From Saccostrea cucullata (lineage: Eukaryota), in NCBI RefSeq assembly GCF_032062105.1, contig NW_026938891.1:434001-498000 (forward strand): a DNA stretch of 64,000 nucleotides. The letters run 5' to 3'. The position numbers were made by a program, and so were the translations under genes. The notes beneath the pieces are model-generated. The model worked only from the letters and a program-made list of their open reading frames with translations, searched no databases and was not told the DNA's origin. Below, piece after piece: positions 35,560-47,280 of the stretch (positions within the stretch are counted from its first letter, which is position 1; every line of letters starts with the position of its first letter).

Positions 35560-37465
35560 AGTCAAATGCTGACTGGCGTTTTTCGTATTGATTGTAAGTC
35601 CATTATTTATACACCACGGATTTTTCCGTAATTCCGGATCATGTCAAGGAGCACACGGCGGATGTGACCGGTCGGCAGAGGATGCTCACCTCACTCCTCC
35701 ATGGCACCTGATCCCACCTCTGATGTTTTAGAGGTCTGTGTTTGCTCTGCTCCAATTTTTATTGCTTATGGACTTTTCATCTTGAATACTGTTCGTTATC
35801 TCCATATGTTTCATGACAAACGTGCAAGATGCCTTTGACTTTTCAATCGTCAGATTCCCTTACGTAAGCAGCAATATACCTTCAACACCTGCATACGAGA
35901 TTTGTATCTTTTAGTTGATTCGATACGTAACAGCATGCTCTATGTATGAACAATTTCTAAAACGAGGAAATTTTTGACAACAAGTTGATGAGGCAAGAAA
36001 ATCAGCAGTCTCGTTTAATATGATTATTTAGTAAGTTCTACGATCGATACAATGACCTTGCTGGCAAATAAAGATAATTCATTGAGTCATGTGCTGACTT
36101 AAGTTTTTTCATACTAATTGTAAGGCCATTACACACTAAATTGTCGATGGATGTTTCCGTTATTTCCCGATCATGACAAGGTGTATACAGTGGGTGGTAC
36201 CGGTCGACAGGTGATGTTTACTCCTTCGTGGCACCTAATCCCACCTCTGATGTTTTGGAGGTCCGTAATTGTTCTGCTTAATTGTATATTGTTTAATGGT
36301 CTCTTGAGTTTGAATACTGTTCCTTTTTTCCCATATTTTAAACTTTAATTTCCTATAGAAAGAGCGACAACCTTTATTGAAAACCTAGTATTCCAAAGAA
36401 AATTAATTCTTCAAAACAAACAAGATAAATGATTGAAATCTTTCGGAGCTGAAATGTTTGTAAAGATGGATTTTTCTAATTTTCTTAAAATTCAATATTT
36501 TTTTGTCAGAGAGCCATAAATTTTTTATACATCACGTAGACTCTGAACCTACATGTAATATGGAATGGTTTCGCGGTTTATAAAGCGTAAACTGCCCCAA
36601 GTTATGATATATCGGATGACATAAGTTGAAAGAAGCTTCATTCCTTAATTGTCTGAACAATTGCCCCTGATGTTTATCAAAATATTGCTTTATATGGTTA
36701 AATATTGAACCGAAAACGGGTAGGTTTTGTATAAATTGATTTGGCTATTCTTTTTAAAGCATCCTCTTATCTTTTGAGATTTTCCGTTATCTTGATGGTT
36801 ATCTGCAAAAGTTGCGTTTCAGATAGCTTTAGAACAACGTGGAACTATTCCAGTTTTTAGTAATGTACATGTTGATGAATATGGCAGCAATAAGTTTAAA
36901 CAATTTTGATAAATGTAATACATTCATTTGATAAATGACAATAAATTCAAAGGGCTTTAAAACTTGAATAAGAACCATGACAATGCTTCAGAGGTAGGAT
37001 ATGACAGATTTTTAGCATCAATTTTAAGCATCACTATTAAAAAACCTAGAGAAATTTATGTTTTTTGCCAACAGAACTTTGTAAATCTGAGATGAGGCGA
37101 AATATTTCTCATATATTCGTTGTTGAAACTAGAATATCAGCAGTCTTGTTTGAAGTCTTCATTACGTAAGGTCTATGGTCCATACATTGAACATGTCCGC
37201 AAATACAATTATTTAATTAAGTCTAATGCTGACTGAAATTTTTTATACTGATTGTTAGGCCATTATTTACACACTGAATTCTCGGCGGAATATTACTTTT
37301 ACGTAATTTCCCTATCATGACAAGGTGCACACGGCGGTTGTTGTAGTTTTTTGTTTACTCCTCCATGGCACCTGATCCCAACTCTTATGATTTGGAGATC
37401 CGTGAATGCTCTGCTTCAAATTTGTATCGTTAAATGAACTTTTGAGCTTGAATACTTTTCGTTAC
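35560..37465 (+). mobile_element. Cluster of three head-to-tail Penelope-like 3' fragments
   Basis: ~35560-35815, ~35815-36340 (FPYVSSNIPSTPAY..LIRY..ACS) and ~37085-37465, each ending in the ggcacct(g/a)atccca..gg(a)g.tccgt 3' repeat. Confidence 0.8.
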
Positions 37466-37802
37466 ATGTATCTCCATATATTTCATAGAGTAATTGTGAT
37501 ACTCAGTATGTGTATAGCTTCTATATAAATTTCGTTTTGAGGTAAAAGGTAAGAACTATACACATGTATACAATATTTGCATGTAATGGGTGTCTAAGAT
37601 TATAAAAATATATATTGAGTTATTTTAAAAATACATCCAATGGTTCATGTCGACGTCTTTTTAAAAACAAATTCAAATGGCACATCATTTGTAAGGATAA
37701 TCCATTCTAAACTTTCAGGATAGGGAATTTGATTTACTATCAAATCAACAATTTGTTTCAAATTATGCGATAGAGAAAGACATGTAAATGTACTTTGAGA
37801 CA

Positions 37803-37883
37803 AAAACCTTGGTCCGTTATTTAGTCTTGCCTAATGTTCGAATTATTCTGAAAGTTGAAGAACGACTTTGACCCCGTTTTATA
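37803..37883 (+). promoter_or_regulatory. Putative proximal promoter motifs of temptin-like copy 1
   Basis: aaaaccttggtcc (37803-37815), acgactttgaccc (37862-37874) and a TATA-like tttata, conserved in order upstream of copy 2. Confidence 0.4.
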
Positions 37884-38016
37884 GAGCAGTCACGTATAAC
37901 AGTGTCTAGTCATTGCTGGTCATGCATTTGATAGCGAGATAAAGTAGGAATACATATTTAAAAAAAGGTTCACATTCTGTTCGATCCTATCTTTAGTTGG
38001 AAGCTCTTAATACACA

Positions 38017-40401
38017 ATGATCAGGTTATTTCTTTTCTTTATTGGAGCTATTTATGTTAATTCCCATCCGTATTACAGGGATCAGATTCCCAATGGGTAT
38101 GCTGTTTTCAACCCGTGTGGCAGTGGTTTTTGGGAGGCTGTAGGGCACTATGACCCTCTTCATCACACACATGACAAAAACCCATTTGGAATGGTAATAT
38201 TTATTTGAGAATTAATATGTAGTAATCAAAAGGCTGTTGAAATTCTTATTGATCCAAAAACTTAGTTGATTGTTTCATAGACTATCATTCCAATAACAGC
38301 GTGTCACTTTGTTAGATCAAACTACAATGAAGCGTAAAATTTCCCGTTTGAATGGAACGTCTTGAGCTATCTTTAGAACGATGATTGTCATACAAAGACA
38401 CTCCCATTTCTTTAGAAAGGAAAAATCGGTCAAATGGTTCATTCGAATACCTGAAGCATACCTTTTGCACACTTGTAGAAATGTTTTCGGTCTTACATTT
38501 TGAAAACATCACTTTTTGACACATAAATACATTTTCACCTTGAATATTAAACTATATCACGTCTTATTGCTGAATATTATTTTCAGGGTCCGTCATCAGT
38601 AAATCTCTTCAGATTATCCTAGCTTCATCTCTGTTTCATACTTTTCCGGCGTACTTCCCAAAACAACTTAATTAATTGACAGCCCATCTATTTTTCGACA
38701 CCGTTTTTATTGTAGATCTTGATATGGAATGGTTTTAAAGCAGGTTCCGCATAACATCGCCAATCTTGTGTTTAAGCACTACCACAAGTATTGTCCGAAT
38801 GGAACTCCATAAGAATCCAACACTTTTCCTCAACAAACTATCATCTTACAACATGCAATGACAAATTCCCAACCTTTTATCAAAATTCTGTTGTTTTCTT
38901 CAGTTTTTGGTCAAAGGTATTCAAAACACCATCTGGACCTCTCTAATTTCTTAAAAATATTACTGATTTTGAGGGTTTAAATAAAAAGTTTTATGCTCAC
39001 TAGTCCATTAACTAGAGGATTTCGATGAGACTGTACCCCCCGCCTCCCATATGGTTATAACTGGTGAAAAAATGTTTTCCTGTGAAAAGGACCAAAAAGT
39101 AAAATAGGAGGTGCACAATGGCAACATGTAATAAAGATTCTGTGAAAGTTTCATCAAATTTCATTCAGTGGTATGAGAGGAGTTTTTATGCTCACTACTA
39201 TATCCACTTTTGAATAAAAGGGGTGTTCGGTTAGGCTTTTGTTTTGTGTCAGGGTTGTATACTATTGTTTGCAGCTAACTGTTAAGTTTCACGTTTCGTC
39301 ACGATCTTTTTCGTCAGATGCATCCAGCGTATACAATTCACGTGATTGTGTTACAGCAAAGTTGGAAAGTTATTTGCAGTTAGGAGGCGTGTACAATTTA
39401 CCTTGAGTGCAGCTGTCAACTAGATCGTGACGTAACGTGAAACTTTACAGTCAGCTGCAAACAATAGTATTTAAATGGGCTACATCCTATTGTGTTACAG
39501 CAAAGTTGGATATTTGAATGGGTAAATGTTTCTTTGGGGTCCAAAGTACGGAATTTTTTTTTAAGTAAGATAAATAACTCGATAGTGTTGAATGGTTTAG
39601 AGAAAACATCCCCTCCTCGGGCCTTCGGCCCTCGGAGAGAATGTTTTCTCTAAACTATTCAACACCATCTCGTTATTTATCCCTTACATATTTTCGTTGG
39701 ATTATTTCCAGTAAAGTTGAAATATAATAGAGATCTTTTTCTATGGACGTCGTGTGTACATTCCCACTGATTCCCGGTAATAATGACTTTTTTGTTAAGG
39801 CCTTCGCCGCTGCTGGACATCAGTGGACAACTGCCCTTTGTAACGCAGACTCAGACGGTGATGGGGTGACCAATGGTGCTGAGTTAGGTGATCCTAATTG
39901 TACTTGGACTGCAGGGGGCACTCCAGAGGGTAAATCAACCGGTCAACCAGGTACCTTCTATAATTATTAATCCTTATATGTTATATTCCACAGATAAAGT
40001 TTTATACACTTCTTTGATATGGGAAGAGAGACAGAGACTCATAGATTGGTGTCCCTGCACTCAAGTCAGAGGTGCGGGCTTTTGAAAAATGATCATGATT
40101 GAAGAAGCGGAGGATGAGCCAGTAAATATACAGAACAGTTTGATATAGGGATTTCCCCCGCAAGATTAAAATCCTGAGGGAAAACCCTACTATTCAGTTT
40201 ACTTTTCAGGGAAGGGGAAAGTGCTCTACAAGTCTGGAAAGAAAAAAAATCTTGTTTTCGCACACATTTCTTTATTTTTATTCCATAATTGTTGAGAATG
40301 GAAAATAACTTTTTTTAGGAATCTGTGAGCCGATTGGTTCCGGGGCCTGTTCTTCTGTTGCTTTCTCTTGTGGTTGTCATGGACATGCCTGCGTTGGTTA
40401 A
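38017..40401 (+). CDS. Temptin-like secreted protein, copy 1 (136 aa)
   Basis: Exons 38017-38193, 39800-39950, 40319-40401. Signal peptide, then HPYYRDQIPNG..NPC..WEAVGH..NPFG..F...G..WT..LC..DSDGDG.TNG.ELGDP.C.W..G..P....PGICEP, the temptin / DBH-like monooxygenase N-terminal domain pattern. Confidence 0.9.
39259..39470. mobile_element. MITE with ~48-bp TIRs in temptin-like copy 1 intron 1
   Basis: atactattgtttgcagctaactgttaagtttcacgtttcgtcacgatct / agatcgtgacgtaacgtgaaactttacagtcagctgcaaacaatagtat. Confidence 0.85.
39569..39680. repeat. ~112-nt palindromic element
   Basis: gataaataac..gtgttgaatggtttagagaaaacat..gggcc-ttc-ggccc..atgttttctctaaactattcaacac..gttatttatc. Confidence 0.8.
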
Positions 40402-41594
40402 CTTTTGTTTTATTTTGAAATAAACTTTTTTACTGTATGAATTTTTTTATTTTCATTACTTAACTCGAAGTTCCTGTACATTACACACAGTGCTGCAAAT
40501 CCATCCACACACATTTGTTTTTATCAATGGAGTCTATAAATGATAATTTCATAGAGATAGATAGCAGCTGAGCGTTACAAAACGTTATCAGTAGAAACAA
40601 AGTTAGTTTCTCGTTCCTGGTGCTACGTCAAATCCAAGACGTTTAATTAATATAATAAAGACAAGGATCATTTCTTTGTCAAGCATCCGGCATTAGAAGT
40701 GAAAGTTGCGGGTCTGTTGCATGAAACTTTAAACCTCAAGGTCTTGGTATGGTTTATATTAGATTCCAAATTGTTACAATGAAAAGCGTCATCCTTAGGT
40801 GTGGCACTTTACCTAAATAAGGTAACCTCTCTGGGTAAAAAATTCTCAAAGTTGACGTTTCACAACATACAATCAATCATTCAATATTACATATGGTAAG
40901 ATGTGCACAGAAAAAGGAATTTCCAGAACTAAGGTGACCCCTTTCCACCTCAATATGACAGAAACCTGGTGCAAATAGATTTTATCTTTATTAGCAAGTT
41001 AAAATTGCTGTACAAATACTTGAATAAGCATATTCAGTTCTATTAAATTATAAATTCTTTCTGTCTTTTCTCTAAATTGTTCGTTCGTATTGTCCAAAAT
41101 TTTGTGTAGATATTCAGACCTTAGTACATGTACACACGTGCAGCAATCATTTTGTAATCAACAAGTAATTAATATGAGTATTTCTCTCAGCCGATTTTTA
41201 CTATTAAACAATTGGGATGTTTTGATTAGCTAATTAACTCGTAATGTTATTTACGTGTCTATACTAGATTACACTCCCTTCCTTATGATTTCTTTTCGTC
41301 AATTTTTTTTACCGAATGCACATGTATGCACATGTATGTACATGTATATTTTAAATAAAGTCTAGACACATTAGGCCAACCTTAAAATACTGCTTCTTTG
41401 CCCTATCTTAAATGAGGTCGAAAAAAATAGGTCGGTAGATTAGTGCTTATTTTCAAATCTATTTTCTGGAATGTATATAAAAAAATAATTGTTTCCTATG
41501 TTAAAGACGTTTTTTGAGTTGGGCCAGTTTCATCCAATCGGTCGGGAGATGACAACTAAACAAGTATTCAAACATGAGTTCATTAAGGAGGATA

Positions 41595-41692
41595 AAAACT
41601 TTGGTCCATTTCAGCTCGTGTGTACTACTCTTTACAGTTACACAAATTACCTAAGACTTTAGAAATCCTGACGGCTTTGACCCTGAGCTATA
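41595..41692 (+). promoter_or_regulatory. Putative proximal promoter motifs of temptin-like copy 2
   Basis: aaaactttggtcc (41595-41607), acggctttgaccc (41671-41683) and tata at 41689-41692, paralogous to 37803-37883. Confidence 0.4.
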
Positions 41693-41812
41693 TGAGAATC
41701 ATGTCTGAAATAATATGCCTCAAACAGACTTGTGGACTTTCTGAGATAAGCCTAAAGTGTTCTATATATACGTGTGTGTGAAAAAGTACAGTGCATGTTA
41801 CAAGAATTCATT

Positions 41813-44800
41813 ATGATTAGGATACTCCTCTGTTTCGTTGGAGGCATTTCTGTGGGTGCTCATCCATATTACAGAGATGTAATTCCCAATGGGTACGCAG
41901 TGTTCAACCCGTGTGGCGGGGGATTTTGGGAGGCAGTGGGACATTACAACGCCCTTCATCACACACATGACAAAAATCCGTTTGGACTAGTAAGCTTTTT
42001 GAACAAATGTTTTTAAAAAGTATACTTGTGTGATATCTACATTTATTTTATTTTATTAGAATGTAAGTTGTTTTTTAATTAACTATTGCGTGTAAAACGT
42101 TGCTTTATTCGATAATCTTGTGATGTATATTCAAAATCTTGTGATGCATGTTCTAAATCTTGTGATGTATATTCAAAATCTTGTGATGTATGTTCTAAAT
42201 CTTGTGATGTATATTCAAAATCTTGATGTATGTTCAACATCTTGTGATGTATATTCGATAATCTTGTGATGTATGTTCAATATCATATGTATATTCAAAA
42301 TCTTGTGATGTATGTTTTATAATCTGTGATGTATGTGCAATATCTTGTGATGTATATTCAAAATCTTGTGATATATATTCAATAATCTTGTAATGTATGT
42401 TCAAACTCTTGTGATGTTATATGCAAAATCTTGTTATAATCTTGTGATGTATATTCAAAATCCTGTGATATATGGTTTATAAATCTTTTGATGCTTATGC
42501 AATAATTGCATTGTAGATAATATTATATTTATTTCGATAACCTTTGCAAGGACTTTTTTTCATTGGTCTTCAAAGTGACAGAAGAACTAGACCAGATCGC
42601 TGTGAAAAGGAGATCGAGTTGATGATTTGAGGACTTCACTCTATTTATTACATTTATATCTTAATCGATATATCTGCATACATAATCCATTTCTTACAAA
42701 TGTCTCTTATCTTTGTATCGAAGTCCAGTTGATCTACGTATGCATCATCCGCTACTTTCGTTATTTCCAACCAATAAAAATTGTCCTTACTTTACTAGAA
42801 CTCAGTATTACCAAAAACGCAATTCTTGCACATACATCACAAGTTTAATGATTGATTGTATATTGTTTAACGTCCCTCTCGAGAATTTTTTACTCATTTG
42901 GAGACGCCACCACTTGCCGCTGGAGAGCTGCAAATTTTGTCCTATACACGGCACTCAGAACCATTGAGCAGGGAGGGATCTTTTTCGTGCCAACACCTAC
43001 TGCGACACGGGACCTCTGTTTATACGGTCTCATCCGAAGGACCGGCCTCCACGTCCCACAGTGGGATTCGAACCCGCGACGTAACGATTCACTCCTTGCT
43101 TCGCGACTCTAGAGCAGACGCTCTAACCACTGCGCCACGCGGGCGACACACAAGTTTACTGAATAAACATCACAAGATTATCGAATGTACATCACAAGAT
43201 TATAGAACATACATCACAAGATTTTGTACATACCTTGCAAGATATTGCATATACATCACAAAATTATAAAACATATGTCACAAGATTTTGAATATACATC
43301 ACAAAATTCACAAAATAAAACATATTGCATATACATCATAAAATTATAAAACATACGTCACAAGATTTTGAATATACATCACAAGCTATTGCTCATATAA
43401 ATACAAGATTACAGAACTTATATCACAAGATTATAGAACATACATCACAAGATTTTGAATATTGATTACAAGCTTTTGCATAAACATCACAAGACTTTGA
43501 ATATACATCACAAGCTTTTGAATATACATCACTTGATTATAGAATAAAGCAACGTTTTACACTCCATAATTAAAAAAAGTCCTGTATATGAGAAAAACAT
43601 TAAAAATAATTTAGAAGTAGACCAAGAATTTTTTGTCTTTTCATGGCAACAGTTGGTAATAAGTACCAGGTTATCTGTGAATTTAAAGTGTGTGGTTCTT
43701 CACCATGTAACTTAAATAATCCATACATAGCTTTATTTAAAACATAGAGAGTACTCACCTCACTTGACAAGTAAATCTTGCAATGCCTTAAACAAAGACT
43801 TTTTCTCAAGGCCTTCGCCGCTGCTGGACATCAGTGGACAACTGCCCTTTGTAACGCAGACTCAGATGGTGATGGGGTCACCAATGGGGCTGAGTTAGGT
43901 GATCCCAATTGTACTTGGACTGCAGGGGACACTCCAGAGGGTAAATCAACTGGTCAACCAGGTACTTTCTTTAAACATTGAATTTTTATTTTTATTTATT
44001 CATGGACAGGGTTCGTAAATTTTTTATATAAAAGTAAAAAATATCAACGGAAGAACTTATCCTAATTACGACAGTCAATTAACTTGAGAAAGTATCATCT
44101 CCTTCCCCTACCCCCTGAAATAGGATTCACTCGTTTGGTTTTTTTTTTCTTTTGACTACCTAATTAAGTCGATCAAAAATGGTTAGCAACTGTTCCATCG
44201 TCATGCGCTCGGCACTCTGGTTGCAGGTCCTTCAGATGAGACCTTACAACCTAGGCCGGTGTTACGGCAGGCGTTGGCACGATTACGATACCTCACTGCT
44301 CTATGGCCCTGAGTGCCGAGTAAAAGGTCAAATTTTGAAGCCCCTCAACGGTATATGGTGACGTCTCTATATAAGTGAAAATTCTCGAATGGGACGTAAA
44401 ACAACATACAATCAATCTTACGACTCGATGTTTCAACACCTCTAACGGCACAGTCAAATAAGCAGGTCATATGTTTCATGAATTCTAGATATAAATTAGG
44501 CAACCTTTATTTGATTTGTAAGCCATATACCTATATGCACCAATATTTGACTTATCTGTCGGTATGTAGGAATAATACTTCTAAAGAGTATGTGAAAAAA
44601 AAATTAATGAGTCTATGGATTCCACACCTATACTAACTTGTGAGCAATTGAGTCAGAGCAAAACATCCACTCAATACACACCCATATAGACCAATCGTTG
44701 ATTTTGTTTGCAATCGTACAAAATCATGATCAAAAACGGGTTAAAGTTGTTGAAGTCATGGGGGTCTTGATGCTAAGAAACTATAACTATAAACACATAC

Positions 44801-45316
44801 GGATTTCAACCAGGTTTACAAATTGAATCTCAAATAGAAATTTCTTTGGGAAGTACTGATCAAATGTCCGTGTTATTCCATTATTCATACACTGAATTGA
44901 AGACGGATTTTTCCGGTATTTCCCGATCATGACAAGGAGCACACGGCGGGTGTGACCGGTCGGCATGGGATGCTCACTCCTCCATAGCACCTGATCCAAC
45001 CTCTGTTTTGGAGGTCCGTGTTTACTCCTGTTTTGTATTGTTTTATGGACTTTTGATCTTGTTCGTTATCTCCATATGTTTCATCCTTCTCTAGAGCAAG
45101 GTCTAAGAGAGAAAAGATTAGGAGGAAAAATAATAATACCGGTAAAAATTATTTGATGGATTCAAAATTAAATAACAAAGAAGGTTTTTAATGAACAATT
45201 TGATATACGAACAATTTTACATTTTTATTTCAGGAATCTGTGAGCCCATTGGTTCCGGGGCTTGTTCTTCTGTTGCTTTCCATTGTGGTTGTCATGGACA
45301 TGGCTGTGTTGGTTAA
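41813..45316 (+). CDS. Temptin-like secreted protein, copy 2 (136 aa)
   Basis: Exons 41813-41989, 43811-43961, 45234-45316, with the same sizes (177/151/83) and phases as copy 1. Ends ...AFHCGCHGHGCVG*. Confidence 0.9.
42090..43562. mobile_element. Foldback-type element whose long inverted arms are made of 21-bp tandem repeats
   Basis: Perfect 21-bp terminal inverted repeat gtgtaaaacgttgctttattc (42090-42110) / gaataaagcaacgttttacac (43542-43562). Left arm is (atcttgtgatgtatattcaaa)n to ~42500; right arm is its reverse complement at ~42825-42847 and 43149-43540. Confidence 0.85.
42848..43148 (-). mobile_element. Full-length tRNA-derived SINE (V-domain-like core) with 10-bp TSD
   Basis: Minus strand has A box gtggcgcagtgg, B box gggttcgaatccc, core cggatgagaccgtataaacagaggtccc..aaagatccc and a (caat)n tail. 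Flanked by cacaagttta at 42838-42847 and 43149-43158. Confidence 0.9.
44200..44415 (+). mobile_element. 5'-truncated SINE copy
   Basis: ggtccttcagatgagacc...ttggcacg...attctcgaatgggacgtaaaacaacatacaatcaatc. A further degenerate copy lies at ~40690-40880. Confidence 0.75.
44880..45025 (+). repeat. Penelope-like 3'-terminal repeat in temptin-like copy 2 intron 2 (continues to ~45083)
   Basis: cacacggcgggtgtgaccggtcggcatgggatgctcactcctccatagcacctgatccaacctctgttttggaggtccgtg. Confidence 0.8.
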
Positions 45317-46539
45317 TTCAGATTTCATAATAAAAGTGTTTGTAATTGTTTTAAACATACAGACGATTTATTTTCCAAGCAGTACTGGGAATCCAGTTAA
45401 TTGTGTAAACTTATATGTTTTAAAAATACGAATATTTAAATAACATCATTTCCAAAAGATGTGTCATTAGTTTTATTTTTTATTACATACATGTATACTT
45501 AGATTCGTATAGAAAAGGGAATTTTCAAAACAAGTGATCCCATTCCCAGGAAAATTGAGGGGAACAAAGCGTGTACTATTAAAGTTCACTGTGTAAACCG
45601 TTTCTTGGCCGCCATTTTTATTTACAAAGGCAACGCTTTGAACGTAATTGCGTGCACGATTTTCATATTACTCCTTGACGGCGACGTAATACGGAAAATT
45701 TCAGGGCGTCATGTGATCAGCCTTTATCCAATCAGCAATCTACAAATTTGTCTGAAGCGGGATAATATTAATTAAATACATTTCCCAAAGCAAGTAAAGC
45801 ACCTCGTCTTTGTTGCACCCAGAAGCATATGATTTCCTGTTATATATTTTCTCTACCTCTCCCTGGATCATGCATTCGTTTGCTTATCTAACATCACTTT
45901 CACAATTTTTCAAATGAAATGCCACAACTCTCTGTGGAGGGCTGCAGATTTTAGAATCAGGCAGGGCCATTAAATGTGAGAGATCTTTTTCCCACCGCGA
46001 CAAGGAAGCTCGGATAGGGACACAATCGAAGGATCGGTCTCCATATGCCGCATGCAGTATGATTCGAACCCGCAACGCATGGAACAGCATCTTTCACCAC
46101 AAGTCAAGAACAAACGCTCTCTCTGTTTTACAGGGGGCCTTCATGTCTTATAGTTTTCTTGCTTCTTCGTATGTCCATATTGTTTTCGTTTGGACTTTCC
46201 TCCTTCTTAGGTTTTGAGGTCCATCTGAATGCTATTATCCTTATGTTATTTGTTGGCTTTCTTAAAACGTGGCTGATCCATGTCTATGTACATTTTTTAG
46301 TACTGTTCTCATATACAAAAAAAAATGCAAAAAAAACAAAGAGTGATGGATTGCAAAAAACATCTACGGATTCGAATCCCGTTGCAGGGAGAGGAAGCTG
46401 TCCCTCGGATGAGACTTGTAAACCCCGTCTCGTGTCGGAAAAGGTGCTGACACAAAAAAAGATCCCCACTACTCGAAGGACCTTAGCGCCGAGTACAAGT
46501 CTAAATACATGTATGCTATTTCTCATTTTTATATTCATC

Positions 46540-47280
46540 TACTCCCCACGATAAATCAAACTCCAGAGGGGGGGGGGTTATTGACGGCTGCTTTTTCGAT
46601 AAAATGGAACTCGGAAATTTACTATCCTTGTCATCAGTTATTTTGTCAAAAACGTGCTGATTGTACACAGAAGTACCCTGATGTTGATATTTAAAAGATG
46701 CTTGAGTTTCTGATTGACAATATCTTTGTGGTTTTTGGAGTCCAGGTTTTCCAACAGTTTATCAATCGGCAATCCTCGGCTGACTCCGCTACGCTCCATT
46801 CAAACCTCGGATGTGATTAGTGGAGGAATACGCGTCAGATCCTTACATTTCTCTGCCGGAAACTGCCTAATCACTCATTTCATATTTCGCTCTGCATAAC
46901 TTTCTTCGAAAATGTTTCTTAATTTGGGCAATTCCTTATCGTAAACAGGTTTTGATTACAACCTCATGTTAGTAGGCTTCAAAAGCAAGAAACATCTGTT
47001 GAGTGTGCCACAAAATAACTTCGATTTCAAATGTATGGCATTCGAAAAAAATTTAAATAAGATCACATGACTGAATACGCAAGATGGTAGATCACCGTTG
47101 ATGTCCAAGGTTATGTGCGAGGTACGAGTCATCCGAGTGACAGTTTATTGCAATTCCTGTGGGTATCATTAGCGCCCAGTTACTACTAACAGACCTGTTT
47201 TTGTGTTCGTATGAAGGAGACTTCGCCCAATATCTTTTACTTGAAAAGAAAACACTTCCTGTGGCCTTCGACTCGACATT
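46540..47280 (+). mobile_element. Split Penelope-like RT fragments
   Basis: 46540-46760 (ccccacgataaa..atgcttgagtttctgattgacaatatctttgtggtttttggag) and 47150-47280 (DLFLCSYEGDF..LPVAFDSTF), separated by unrelated DNA. Confidence 0.6.

Noticed and set aside
42627-43269. Overlapping 73-123 aa ORFs
   Set aside because: Chance ORFs across the GC-richer SINE and foldback core.
42110-43540. CRISPR-like array of 21-bp repeats
   Set aside because: The repeats are contiguous with no unique spacers, occur as inverted arms, have no cas genes nearby, and sit in a eukaryotic intron.
45240-45443. Signal-peptide-like ORF MSPLVPGLVLLLL
   Set aside because: An alternative frame of temptin-like copy 2 exon 3, starting at GTG.
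46159-46554. 131-aa ORF
   Set aside because: No recognisable domain, and it includes a SINE core fragment (cggatgagacttgtaaacc).
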